A DNA stretch of 64,000 bases from Lingula anatina (Eukaryota; Animalia; Brachiopoda): the NCBI GenBank assembly GCA_051362555.1, contig CM120642.1, positions 25,420,001 to 25,484,000 on the forward strand, in the 5' to 3' direction. The notes under the pieces were generated by a model, which saw only the letters and a list, made by a program, of their open reading frames with translations, was not told the DNA's origin and did no database searches. The translations under genes and the position numbers were made by a program. Positions 1 through 13,119 of this stretch are shown piece after piece (within the stretch, counting starts at the first letter, position 1; every line of letters starts with the position of its first letter).

Positions 1-152
1 GCTGTTATATTTTCCAGGTCCTTGTGGCTCAGCAATATGTTTTGTATGTACTGAGATGATGATGTTATATTTTCCAGGTCCCTGTGGCACAGCAATATGT
101 TTTGTATGTACTGAGATGATGATGTTATATTTTCCAGGTCCCTGTGGCACAG
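1..152 (+). repeat. 60-bp tandem repeat that includes the splice acceptor of exon 138-235
   Basis: tgttatattttccaggtcc(c/t)tgtggc recurs at 3, 63 and 123 (period 60). Confidence 0.9.
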
Positions 153-781
153 TGATGTATTTGGTGTGAACAAAGATGATGATGTGCCGGCACTGCTATC
201 TATCTACTGTAGACACCTGGCAGAGAAAACACCAGGTCAGTGACAGTGAATATGTGAAAATTATATGGTGCATTACATTTAAAATTCACAGTGCAGACTT
301 TTAGCTCTTTCCACATGTGAGAACTGCCCACCTTTGTTATAATTTATGATAATTCTTCGAGATGCTTAGTATTTGATGCTGTATTTTTTGAAAGATAGAG
401 AATGAACAGCAATGTATTATGATTTCAGAGAAGTTTTTACAAATTGCTTCACAATAAAAAAGGTTATTGATCTTAAAAACATTTAATAAGCTTACCCATT
501 TTCATTGATACAAAAATACATTTATTTATTAAAACTCACTCTTTTTTCTTCTTCTCCCTCTTCAACCTCTTTTGATATATTTGACCCTAATATGTTAATG
601 AGGTCTTATGCCCTTTTCAGGGCTACTTGTGATCACCAAACCCGAGCACACCCTGGGGGAGGTGTGTGGTCAGCTGATGGAGGTCAACGTCCAGCTGTCC
701 AGATCTATACAACAACTGGAATTAATGTCCAGGGAGGACAGAGAAGTGGTCATGAAGAAGCCAGAGTCCAGTACATTATGA
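138..781 (+). CDS. 3' two coding exons (138-235, 621-781) of an unidentified gene continuing from upstream of the window
   Basis: ttttccag|138-235|gtcagt and ccttttcag|621-781 join in phase to read SLWHSDVFGVNKDDDVPALLSIYCRHLAEKTPGLLVITKPEHTLGEVCGQLMEVNVQLSRSIQQLELMSREDREVVMKKPESSTL* (TGA 779-781). The product was not recognised. Confidence 0.6.
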
Positions 782-3700
782 GGGTGAAAGGGCAGCCATG
801 GATCCAAGTGGGAAGTGAATTGGAAAATATTTGACAATGTCTAGATGTGTTATTGCTACAGCTGGTGTCTAGGTGTTATCTACCAGTAGACTTCCCCTTG
901 TAAACAGTCTGTAGCATCTCTGGAGATGTAGAAAGAGTGCTCAGGGTTCAGGTTGTAGGTGTCATATATGCTATATATATGATATTAATAAGAGTCCGTT
1001 TTTGTTGAGAGCAGGCTATCTGAAACAATGTGACATGTCTGATTGTCCCATCTAGAGTGGAGAGGACGGTAGAGACTACAGTAGTCGAGAACTCTGTGGT
1101 GTGGGGTTATGTCTCACATTGTCTCGTGTCTATTTGTCATGCTTGTCATCCACCTATTGAGACAGCAGGAAAGTAATTGTGACCATAATGGCCAAGGAAA
1201 TGTGTAATGCTTGCTGCCAAGAGATGTCAAACAGAAATAGTTGGCATTGTTCTGACCCTCTATCTGGAAATTAAGTCTAGACCTTATTTGTTGGTGAGTG
1301 TCCAGCAGGAGACGTTTTTTAAAGTGCAATTTCTATTGAATTTGCCCATTTGATATTGATTTATAACAGTAAGGTATAAAATAGTGAAGGACCCCCCTCC
1401 CTTGTGTACACAGAAGTAGGGGTTCTAGGGTGGAGGCACTGTGATGCTCTTCAGACAACATTTCTGTGAAAAAAAAACAATAAGGTTTAGTTTGCTCGAA
1501 GTAAAAGTGATGTGTTAATTTTTGTTCTGTAAAATGGTACAAAAATGAGTTTATCCATAATATTTCATTTAGTTAAACAAGTCTTGATAGAGCTCTCTTA
1601 TTTAAGAATGTGTATCCTAATGGATTTATCATTTAATCATATTATTTATTGATTTATTTTAGTTGGTTTAATTTATTCTGTTTAACTGCTGTGCTTTAAG
1701 ACCGACTTGCACCCTTTAAAAATGCTGAAGCTTTGAAGCTCATCTGTAACTTTGAATGGTTCTATATTTCAGCTGGCACCTGTAAAAAAGTTGCACTTTT
1801 TTGGGGGAGTGGTGCCTGATATTAGAAACTGATAATTTATAGAAAAAAATTTTGACAGATGAATTCACAGAAACATTTCAGAATGTGCTGATTTCTAGAA
1901 ATATTTTACAGACAATAGAGGACAGCGTTTTTTGATAAAATGCATATTCTACTGTGTTTACATGCTGCATGACATTTTACTTGTTAACAGATGAGAGATG
2001 GTTCAATGTGTTGACAAGCATAATAGTAATTATTTAGTGTTGATGCTTGTTACATGGAATCTTGATGTTGACAAATGGATTCTGTATCATGTAGAATTTA
2101 GAAAGCAAAAGTGTTAGGTAAGTGAAGATTGTAGAAAGATTTTGACGAGGCTGTTCAAGTTAAAGAGAGAAAGATATTAATGTAATATATATATTGAGAT
2201 GATTAATATTGGAATGTGCCAATTGTTCAGTGTATATAGATGTATTATTGTATAGCACTGGAAATATGAAGTTTTTTTTTATGAAACAATTTGGCTTCAT
2301 CAGTCATTAATAGCCATGAAAATCTATTCACAGGTTTCCTAGAAACTCAGTTGTTGGTATATTTCATATAATACACAGAGTATTCAACTCCTGAATTATT
2401 TACTCTCGACCAAACAAGTTCAGAAACAAAATTGTTCTTCAAATCTTCAGTGTATATAAAAAAGATGGTGGGTGCATTATCCATCAATATTTGGCTAAAA
2501 AATTTACCTTACCTCAAAAGAAGTGTTTCCGAATATTTTTGGTAGTTTGTTGCTTTAACATATTTTGTAGTCTTTATAAAAAGAAAAAATAGGAAGTAAA
2601 ATAGCAGCACAATTTTATTGCACAGAGCTAAAGAAAGTAAACAATATGCATCATAAAACTATACAACTCTACAATGAATAAACTCAACCAAGATAATAGT
2701 AACAAATACCAAGTAACTTCCCCTTCATACACTGACATCAGAACGGGATTCTTTTCTTTTTTTAAAAAGAAGTACAATATAAAGGTGAAAACATTCCCTC
2801 TTCCTGAGTTAAAAATATTTTAGAAATCCACCAAACCTCATTACAATTACAACTTATACTGAAGAAACTGTCCCACATTACCTTGAAGAACAAATACATT
2901 AGACAAAAGTTCAAAGTTAGTCTGTATAATATGCGCTTTTCCATAACAATAAAAATTTCACATGTATACATATTAATCTGACAAATTGTGACCATGAAGT
3001 GTATTACAACAAGACAAAATATCTCATTCTGTAAGCCAATTTACATCTATAAAACAAGACGAGCGAACACACTTGTGGTAGAGCAGCTTCAGACAGCATT
3101 TGCTTGTCGACCAGGAACATGCGGTCAACTTACACAGAGAAGCACCTGCAGCAGCTTCAATTTTTTCAAAATGGCTGCTCTGCAGCAGACGTTGCCTGTT
3201 TTCAGTAATTAAAGCTTCTTGTTGGCAGTCATGATATTCTGGTGCTTTTTAGCTTGATCATCCTCTGACATCCACAACAATGATTACTACACATTACTCA
3301 ATAGGAATTGAAAATTTAAAAAAAATAACTGGTAATTACACAGAATTTTAAAGTAGGGGGAGCCATCTGCAACTTCAAACATTTAAGCAGACTGCTGGTT
3401 GGAGTGTTAGTTATCCCCACCATTGTATCTGAACTGGATAAAAAAAAAGTGACGACAGAACAGAGGTGACAGAACTAGAAATGACAAAATACCCTTCCCC
3501 CACAATATTAAAAGAAACATGGTAAACAAAAAAATCAGTACTTAATACCTTTTATGACTGAATTTCTTTGCACAATACAAGGCATCATTGTTCATGCTGT
3601 AGAAATGTCTTCTCCGTAATTATTACTAACACCAGATGGCACCACCTCCTGGCCCTGTCCACCATTACACAAGCTGTTTACATGAAAAGCTGAGCATCAC

Positions 3701-4148
3701 ATGCCAGTGTGGTTAACATGGAGTAATATGGCTTCCATGCTGCATGACCTGCAGCCGTCAGAGGTGATTATTAAAACTCCCTTAAGAACTAGAGTATGCT
3801 TAAGTTTATACTGGTCTTAACCCCCCTTCTCCGCAAACCCACACCCTGAAGCTTTCCTCACAGCATGACCAAAAAAATAAAGGCTACTGTGCACTTTATC
3901 GTTTTAGGAAAATGACTGTTAGTTACTGAAAATTAAGTACTGTCCCTTTCCTTTTTTTCACCAGAAGCACCTACGAGGAGACTGAAATAAATCAATTTAC
4001 AGGTACCAAAAAAAAAAAAATTGTGGTAGTTTGCAGCACAGCTGTTTGTGAGGAGCTGAACTTCAATGTGGTGAAGCTCTGCGAGGATAACTGGTCTCAA
4101 TACTGGCAAGTAATTGTGATCTTCCCATCTCCCACCTCAAATGTACAG

Positions 4149-7100
4149 TCACTTCTCTTCTACATCAAAATCAAGAACCAGAAGTTTTGTTTCCTCCGTC
4201 CCATTTCGACTCCCCACAGCGCAGACCAGTTTAGTGTTACTGCACCTAACCCTCCACACCACCCCGCCACTGCCACCGCTGTCCAATGCCACCAAGTTCC
4301 TCAGGAAGTCACCCGTCCTTAGATCCCAGAGTTTTACAGTGCCATCATCCGAGGACGTGATGACAAACTTCTTGTTAAATTGTAAGCATGTGACAGCACT
4401 CTGGTGCTTGTTGGGACCTGAAGGAATGTAAAGAGAAAAATGAGAAATGTTTATATTTTAATCACAGGTTCTGACCAAAAGTTACGCAGCTCACTTAAAA
4501 TAAAAATTATTTACTTACAATAAATTTGGTGTTACAATTGACAAACAAGCATAAATACCCTACAGTTGTATCAAAAAATTTGGTAACTTTCAAGAAAGCA
4601 AAACTTGAACAGATAATACCCAAATCTTTTCCCTCCATACCCCCGAATAATCCCCCCTCTCCCCTTACCTTGTAAAGTCTGCAGACACTGCCCAGTGGTG
4701 ATATCCCATATCTTGACTGTAGAGTCTGCATTCCCTGAGACCAATATATTGTCCTTCAGCTCCATCCCACTGGTCAAGGACTGGTGCCCTATCAGTGTGT
4801 GTAGACAGTTCCCAGACTCCACGTCCCACACACAAATAGATGTGTCCAGTGAACCGCTGACTATGTGGACCCCATCAAACTAGAAATGTAATAACAGGAT
4901 ATAAACTATGATGACAAGGTATAAACTAAGATAAGGCACAAACTTTAGTTATAAGGCATAAGCTATGTGGACTCCTCCGAACTAAAAGAAAGATGACAAG
5001 GTATAAAAAATGAGGCCAAAATACTAACATGTACAATGGGGCATCAAAGACTCAAAACTGCAATATATATGACACAAAAAGCACATGAAAGCTGTTGGAA
5101 CTTGTTCAAGTTGACGATTAAGACGAGGATAAATCAATACTGCAGTAACTAGTGAAAATCTAAGTTTTTTTATTAATCTAATTTTATTCTATTTATTTAT
5201 ATATTTATTTTGAAAAAAAATTTATTTAAATACTTCTTTTCCCACTGCCACCCACCTGTAATGAGTACACTCTATTAGTATGCCCAGTCAGTGTGTGCAG
5301 ACAAGTCTCTGTCTCTGGGTCCCACACCTTAACTGTGTAGTCATAGGCCCCACTGACCACTCTCCGGCCATCATACTGGACACACCTGACCGCTGCCACA
5401 TGACCCATCAGGACATGGAGACACTGGCCAGAGTCTATGTCCCAGACTCTCAGAGTGGCATCTCGGGATCCGCTAACAACCCTGGAAACGAAAGGGCTTG
5501 CACATAAACTCATTAACTGAAACACTGGTAAGATTACCAGGGCATCAATGTGGAAAAACTATTAGTTATAGATAAAATACTGTTATCACTTAAGTACATG
5601 CTTTACATGAAGAATTACGTTAAAACAATTACATTTTGTATTCATGTCTCAAACAAATGATATCTAGAAACACACCAATTTTGTTTTTATCCGACAGAAT
5701 TTTCCAAACATATATCATTCCTTGCACAAGAGGAAGTATTTATCAAGTTGTAACAGTATTGATATCAATGGTACAGATAGACAAAATTTACATCTGCTTC
5801 AGTTTTTTTTCACACCCAACATGGAATTGTCACATGGTTATACTGAAAACTGCCACCAGAGGGGGCACCCCAATGCTCCGTCTTCTCTAACACAATGCTA
5901 TGAAAATACTTCGAATGGCACATCTGTATTACTAAACAACAATTAATTATGGTATATTCCACTCACTTGCTTCCATGCAGATGCATACACCTGACTGTGG
6001 ACGTGTGTCCGTACAGAGTGTGTATACACTGACCAGTGTCCGCATTCCACACCTTCAGGGTGCGGTCAGTGGACCCGCTGATGATAATGTTACCGTGCAT
6101 CTGAGATGACCACACCCCTCCCGTGTGACCGACCAAAGTCCTCAGGCACTGAAACAGAATGATGATACTTTTCGTGTGAGTGTGGATTTGATTTCTATAA
6201 TAATAAAACCATGCATCTGACAATTCAATAGAGACTTCAGTGTGAACAAGATCATTTTGCAGGAGACAGCTGTAACATTCACAAAGCTTTGGAAATATTC
6301 AATTTTCAACAAAAGATTTCTTCTTAATTTTAGTGTTAGCACCACTATACACCTAAGGAAATCAATTTTTGTTACCCTTTCCTTCATTTCTACTAGACAC
6401 ATGCACAGCAAACTAATATGGTCCTTTGATAATAATTCTGTATGACAACTAGCCACCATCACTTAACATGTCTTTCCACCTGGGTACATCAACAACCCAC
6501 TTACTCAGTTACAGCCCAGACTCAAAAAGTTGCTCCAGTTATAACTTTTTTTCTACCAGCCATTTTTTCTACAACAGTCAAAGACCACATTCAGATTCAA
6601 ACATCGTACCAGCTGGATCCATCCAACTCTGTGAGAGAGTCTTAGATCCCATTCCCACAGATTTTAGATCTATCTATCTCTGTGGGGAGTCTCACTAGAT
6701 TACTGTCAGCTTAGTCAGCTTAAATGTCTGTCCCGCCTACTAAAAGCTGTAAGGGGGTAATTAACTACCATGCGCGCTCAGCTGACAGCAATTTAGCATG
6801 AACCCCCCAGGGAGTTAGGTCGATCTAGATGGATCGATCTAAATCTATGGGAATGCACTCTTACTAAACTGCATTCAGTGTAATCATTTTAACTGCCTGG
6901 CACATCTCCTAGAATAGTTAGGTAATAGGCTGATTACCCCCTAACAACTTGAGGAGAGATGTCAAACATTAAGCCTATTATGGTGATTGCCCATAGGGAG
7001 AATCTCTCTCAAAATTGGATTGATCCAGCTAGCATGATGGGTTTATCTGAACACTCCCAAAGTCCCACAGCAGTCTCACCTTTCCTGTGATAGCTGACCA

Positions 7101-10100
7101 CACTTTGAGGGTGTTGTCATCTGAGCCACTGACTATCCTTGTACCACAGAACTCTAGGCAAGTGATCACATGGTCATCATGCCCCTTTAACAACTGAAAC
7201 AAGGATCAAAATTAATTGAAGTTAAATTATACATACAAAGAATGAAAACTTAAGATGAAGAACAATCGTAAAAACTAACTTATCTTAGGCTGATTAAATT
7301 ATTTCAGGTCAATAACAAAATTGCCCATCATTGCTTTACCATTTCTTTCAGCCTGCAAAAGCTGGGTTTATTTTTCATTTTTGGACATAGTATCAATTTG
7401 CTGATCAATTACAATTTCCAGACAACAAGATACCTTTGGATCTCTGATATTCCCTGTCCTCCAATTTTGTTCAATACGATGCTGACGCATATAAAGGCTT
7501 TTCCACGGGCTCTTCTGAAAACTGGACGATGACCGCCTCCTGATGTGGTTCTCAAACACAGTAGTCTCGTCGATATTTTCTTCTCGACATTTTTCTCGCC
7601 ACAAGAGATTGTCTTCAGCAAGCACCCTCCAGTAACGGCACGTCTGCGCCGCACGAAGTAAGTCTTTTGGATCCAAAAAGGATAGTACATACAGAGCAAG
7701 CTAAAGAGAAAAAAAATTGGTAAATTTAACTTACAAAATCATAAAAAAGGAAATGGCTAGTTTGTGAATTTACCATGCAAATGTTAATGCTATTTTCAAA
7801 ACTTGAATATTGATAGAAAAGCGCCCTTACCTCTTTAGGTAGCAATGAAATAAAGTCCCTCTGGAACTGAGGCTCGATTACCGCCATCATATGGCGTACC
7901 TGTGTCGGCTCGCAGAGCTCTATCAGCTCATCCAAGGCCAGAAGACGCTCTGCATTGCTCCAGCCCTGAACACGAAAAATAAAAGACTTCATGTACAACT
8001 GCTGTCACAAATATACACAATCACACGTGTTATACAAAAAAATACTTAAAACAAAAACAAAATCCTATTATAATAAATTAAAAGACATGCTATTAAGGCT
8101 GCATTCACATGAAAAATCTATTATCTAAAAATCTATTTGCAGTATCTTGTGATCACGGTCTGTGCCCTGAATACCCCTGAATACTGGCAGTGCCGAGAAT
8201 TAATTACAGCTTTGGAAGTAACTGGCTTGCGCTCTCCGTAATTATGCCGTGGGGTATTCAGGGCACCGACCGTGATCACAAGATACCGCAAATAGATTTT
8301 TAGATTTTTAGAAAAAAGATTTTTCATGTGAACGGTCCCTAAGCCTCCTCTCTTCCCCCTCCCTCCCTTCTCTCCTTAAAAAGATGTTTATAAATAGCGC
8401 TGTACTTGCTGTGTTAAGTAAAATCCACATTAGCTTCTACAGAATTTCAACACTAAGATATCTGATATTCGAGATGAGACCAACTTACAGAGAAAGTGTG
8501 GAAAAACCTTTTCTTACCACACAGGTAAGCACACCTATGTGACGAAATCAATAACATTTTCTCAGAAAGCTGTCAGCTTATATACATAATGTATTTTCTT
8601 GCACTAATCCAATATTTCCATTGCACAAAGAAAATGAAGTGTATTCTTCAACCTGCCAATACAGCCTGTTGATTTTTTTTTTAAATCCAAATCATAATGA
8701 AAAAGGAATAATGAGCATACCAGGAATGTGTCCAGCCAGTCCGCCAGGCCTTCAGGAGGGTGACTTCGAGACGGAATTCTTCGGATCGGTTGAGCATTTG
8801 CACTTGTTTTGATTGTACCAAAATTATGGCAGACATTGGACAGAGCACTGGATGAGAGAGAGAGAAAACATTATCTTTAGAAATGAAACAGAAAAGTACA
8901 ATAATTACAATTTAACCTTTACAATCAGTGTTAGAAATTAAGGCTTGACCGTCTGCCCGGGGCTGACAACTTTCAGAATGGGCTGAGAAGTTTTCCCACC
9001 CGGCAAACATTCGAGCCAGCTACTTCTCAAGATGGCTGAACTTTCGGTCCAGCAACTAATTTTCCTAAGAGGCAAACACTGTTTACAATATTACAAATTT
9101 ACCAATATACTATGACCATCTAGACCACCAGCACCACTCACATGTGTTATTCCAACAAATGAATCTGTAATGTCTACATCATCAACGGCTTATTACAACT
9201 TCCATAGTGATCACTTGGAACCTGACACATCTTAACTAGAACTGTCAGCCATCTTCAGTGAGAACTTATTTATAGACTATCCGGTTCAAGGTGAGATAAT
9301 AGGTCACAGTGACATTATGGGATTTCACAAGATGTTTTGTCACAGTGAAATTAGATCAACTGCAGTTTTATCAACCAGCAGTAATATTTACACCTACTTT
9401 CCTTTAAGATTATTGAATGGAAGTGATGAAATTAAAGGTCCATATCCATCTATACTTATCCAATATTGTTTCTCAAAATGAAAGTAAAAAGATACAACAT
9501 TTATAAACAAGTATGCTTGCAGTCAGATTTTTTCCTCTAAAACAAGTCAGAGCAGACATATTACTTCTACATTTTTCTAGTTGTAGAAGTTACTCACCTG
9601 GATGACTCTCCCGCTTTGAGTCTCTTCCCAGGTGAAACACCACGGACATCATTGCTGATCTCTGATTTTCTTTTCATCTAAAAAAGGTACAAAAAAGCAC
9701 TAAATCAGAATAAAGTTATCTGTTGTTTTTAATTTGGAGACTAAACAATGGCACTAAAACACAGTCTCTGTGGAAACTGAATACAGGAGAAATTGTGTAT
9801 GACATAATAAATACAACTCTTTAGCAGAAAAAAAATGCTCATATCATTCACATCCACATCAAAGAAATTACATCAACTAACAATTTGTACATCAGCATTT
9901 GTACAAAAGTGTGCAACACTTTCTCTTTTTCTAATAAAGCATTCATTAATGGGATATTTCTGAACTCTGATACAAGTCAGTTTAATTTTAACCAAATAGT
10001 CTTCTGAATGATCAATACAATTGCATTTTCAAAGGAAATTAATCCTAATTTTGAGGTACAAAATAAACTACTGACAGGGTAAACTTCCTAGATCACAACA

Positions 10101-13100
10101 TCGCTTTGTACCTACCAAATTCTTGTCCAAAGAGCCTGGAAACCGTGAGCGCAAAGTGAAAGGAGAGACCGACTCAAACTGATCTTCATATTCATCCTCA
10201 GAATCTCTCATTTCAGTGTTTCTGTCGCCCAGATACATATCTCTTTCTTCCTCGTCCTCTTCCTCTCCTCCTTCCTCCTCCTCCTCTTCTTGTCTGCTGC
10301 ATGTATCAATGGGGTCTTCTTCCTCCTCAGTGTCATCATGTAGAGAAGGGAAGGCCCCCTCTACAACAGAAGAGGCAATATTTAACTGTTGGTATGCTGT
10401 GGAGAGGCCATTAGTGTTATCATTACTATTACACAGGACAGGTTGGTCCTCTAGACTGTTTTCCCTGTCCGAAAACACACCCAAATCCTCCTCCTCCTCT
10501 AACTGCAAGTCCTCATCCTCATCTTCCTCATCTCTATCCTCATCCTCATCACCCTTTTCTGAGACACTGTCACAGTGATTAGACTGAGATTGTTGATCGT
10601 TCCTTGTATTACTGGGACTGGCCAGTCCCATGGATGCCTCTCCATTATTATTAGCATGTGTACATGGGGAACTGGCGTCTTCTCTAGCGCAATCAGAACA
10701 ATGGTCTCCTCTAACACAATCGGCACACTGTGAGTCTGCACTATGGGAACTGTGCCTGCTCTGACACTTCAACTCACTGTTGCCACAGCCACAAGCCTCA
10801 CTGGAGTGACTGGGCTGGTTTTCAGAAGCTCTACTACACCTACAGGCAAACGTCTCCACCACCACTTCCCTCGTGCTCCCTGGGTTCTTTATACCACAGT
10901 CTACATCTTGGGTCGGGTTTGAATCCTGACAAGTGCAAGTTATCTGTTCGTTTTCTACCTCCCTGCCTGATGCTGAAGGTGAGACCTCGTCATGACGCTG
11001 CTGGGAATTACAACTGCTGCCTGGTTGTTCTGCCCTGCTCTTCTCTGCCATGCACCTTCTGCCGCGCAACTCCCTGCTGCTGCTGCAATCAGAAATAATC
11101 ACTTTACATACTTAACAACTTCAGTGTGCGTGTGCGTGTGTCCATGTGCGTGTATGTGTGCGTGTGCCTGTAGGTGTGTGAATGTGTGTCTACATGGCTG
11201 AAAGCATTTGCAGGCAGACTTGCATGTTAAACACCAGAGTTGCTCATATTCAGTGTCAGGTTTAATGAAGAATCCTGCTGTCACCAATAATCACACTGCC
11301 TTTATGACAACTATGACATAATCAATGCACACCTGACACAGCACATATTAAACATAACGTAATAAACTCAAGGCATCTGTGCAAAATTGAATGTCTCACT
11401 GGCCCGTAAATGCCATCACCAAAACAATCATGGTATCTAATCAGTCCTTAGTTGATGAATCATACAGCATATATCAGTTTTTCAAAATGTCAGGAAGAAT
11501 CAGAACGAAAACATGGTTGTCTACCTTAAATTCAATGTGTCTGTAACAGTATTACAAGGAGTTTTACAAACACAGGTGTCCTGTAGGATTGGCTTCCCTT
11601 TATTCTGAAATATCTTTAAAGATAAATACATCATTACCCACCTTTCAAATTTTTTCTGTCTTCTTGTTTTGTTACATGTCAATTTGCCCAGATTTTCTTC
11701 CAAAGCACCTGGACCGATGCCAGGAACTCGTCGCAAGTCACTAACGCTAGCAAATGCTCCAAATTTCTGAAAAGAAATATTATAATGAGGTACAAAACCA
11801 ATAACCTATCTATATATAACATGTGGATGTGACAACAGGATGTGGTCCGGAAAGTCTTCCCAGAATTTCATAAATGAAAACATTACGCCTTTATTGATAC
11901 AGACATGACTCTTATATTAAATTTCAATTAATTTTAATATCAACATTATGGACGAAAAAAAAAATCCGTATGCAACGTTATGATTCAGTAATCTCAATGA
12001 ATCAGTAACATAGTCGAGTCCTGGAAACAATTCTTAGAAATACAATTAAACTAGACAAAAATAAGTAGCGCAAGACCAGTTTTGCTCTATATTCAAATGT
12101 AAAGACTTCACAAGTCATACTATGTGATTTAATCATCAATATTTCACTGAGGTAAGACCTGCAAAACTAATAAAATACTTCTCATTGTCTATATCTTGCC
12201 TGCCAAGCACAATTACAAGTAAGTTATGCCGCACATGTCTACAGTGAAACATCAAAAAAATGAGTCAGGAAAAAAATACAAGCACAAGGTGAACTCTCTC
12301 ATAACCTATACATCCCTTTATCACTTATATTTTCACCACATATTCTAAAGTAATTTTTGTTGCAAACAAGCTCAGTTAGTAAAAAAATCCAAAAGATATT
12401 TTTTTAAATTTCCTATAAAAGCATATCAAAAACATTGTTTTGCAACCTACAGCTTTGAACAATGTATGATGGGCAAAAAAATGTGTTTCTCAACTAGATC
12501 CATTTTTTTGCAAATATGACATTGACAAGCATAATTAATTTATAAATATTTCAGAATTCATTCACAAATCTGCTTTGGGATTTTAGTCAAACAGTTACAA
12601 AATTACCAGAAATCAATGCTATCAAATCATCATGAGGATACCATTGTGCACTGTGCATCCTATTTCTAGGTAAAATGTAAACCTAACAATACAGTGATTG
12701 GCACTCAATGTTTAATATTAAGTATTGCCACATTCAGCAAGTGTCAAAAATGACATGAAGGAAGACAGCAGAGCTTACTATTGATATTTTCATGTTAATT
12801 ATGAATATGTGAACATCATTTTGTCAAAATAAAAAAAAACTTGTGAAAAGAGCTTTTATTTCTTGTCTGTCAATCACACATCTTTCCACCTACTTTTTTT
12901 TACCAATTCAGTGATAAATTAGGGTAGTGTAAAAAAAAACATCTTACCAAATAAAACCAATTCAAGCACTTGGGAAAACTGACTGGTATCACCCCAGCCT
13001 CTTACCTTTCTGTAGTCAAAGATGGCCTCTGCCTTGGTTCTTCCAATACCAACTAGGCCTGCTAAGTCATCTACGGAAGCCGAGTTGATATCTAGTCTCT

Positions 13101-13119
13101 TGCCCCTACTGGTGGCCAT
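4149..13119 (-). CDS. FBXW7: F-box/WD repeat protein 7 with an N-terminal helix-hairpin-helix domain, 12 coding exons, about 938 aa
   Basis: Exons 13006-13119, 11642-11766, 10116-11082, 9598-9677, 8721-8847, 7831-7965, 7434-7700, 7080-7193, 5967-6148, 5256-5481, 4669-4879, 4149-4417. All introns are GT-AG with compatible phases; the total is 2817 nt. Diagnostic FBXW7 sequence: MKRK common exon, D-domain/F-box ([10 protein letters not shown]...[40 protein letters not shown]), WD40 blades ([71 protein letters not shown]) and the C-terminal [17 protein letters not shown]. Confidence 0.95.
6645..6862. mobile_element. MITE family A copy (FBXW7 intron)
   Basis: Imperfect TIRs cattcccacagattttagatc...gatctaaatctatgggaatg with internal palindromes. 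Near-identical copies lie at about 41663-41875 and, inverted, at 55938-56153. Confidence 0.8.
8097..8339. mobile_element. Palindromic MITE, PIF/Harbinger (Tourist)-like
   Basis: Arms of about 85 bp (ggctgcattcacatgaaaaatct...gtgccctgaatacccc / ggggtattcagggcac...tttttcatgtgaacggtccc) flanked by TAA on both sides. Confidence 0.8.
11642..13119 (-). CDS. Two exons encoding a ComEA/EEPD1-like double HhH domain at the FBXW7 N-terminus
   Basis: [38 protein letters not shown]|[31 protein letters not shown] matches the pattern hDINxAxxxxLxxLxGIGxxxAxxIhxYRxxxGxFxSxxDLxxVxGIG. The phase-2 donor at 11642 matches the acceptor at 11082. Confidence 0.85.

Noticed and set aside
505-834. 109-aa ORF in the ORF track
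   Set aside because: It begins in intron sequence. The frame compatible with the upstream exon is a different one, ending at 781.
10216-11098. + strand ORFs, also 35061-35657 (-), 53783-54123 (-) and 4023-4431 (+)
   Set aside because: They are antisense shadows of real coding exons.
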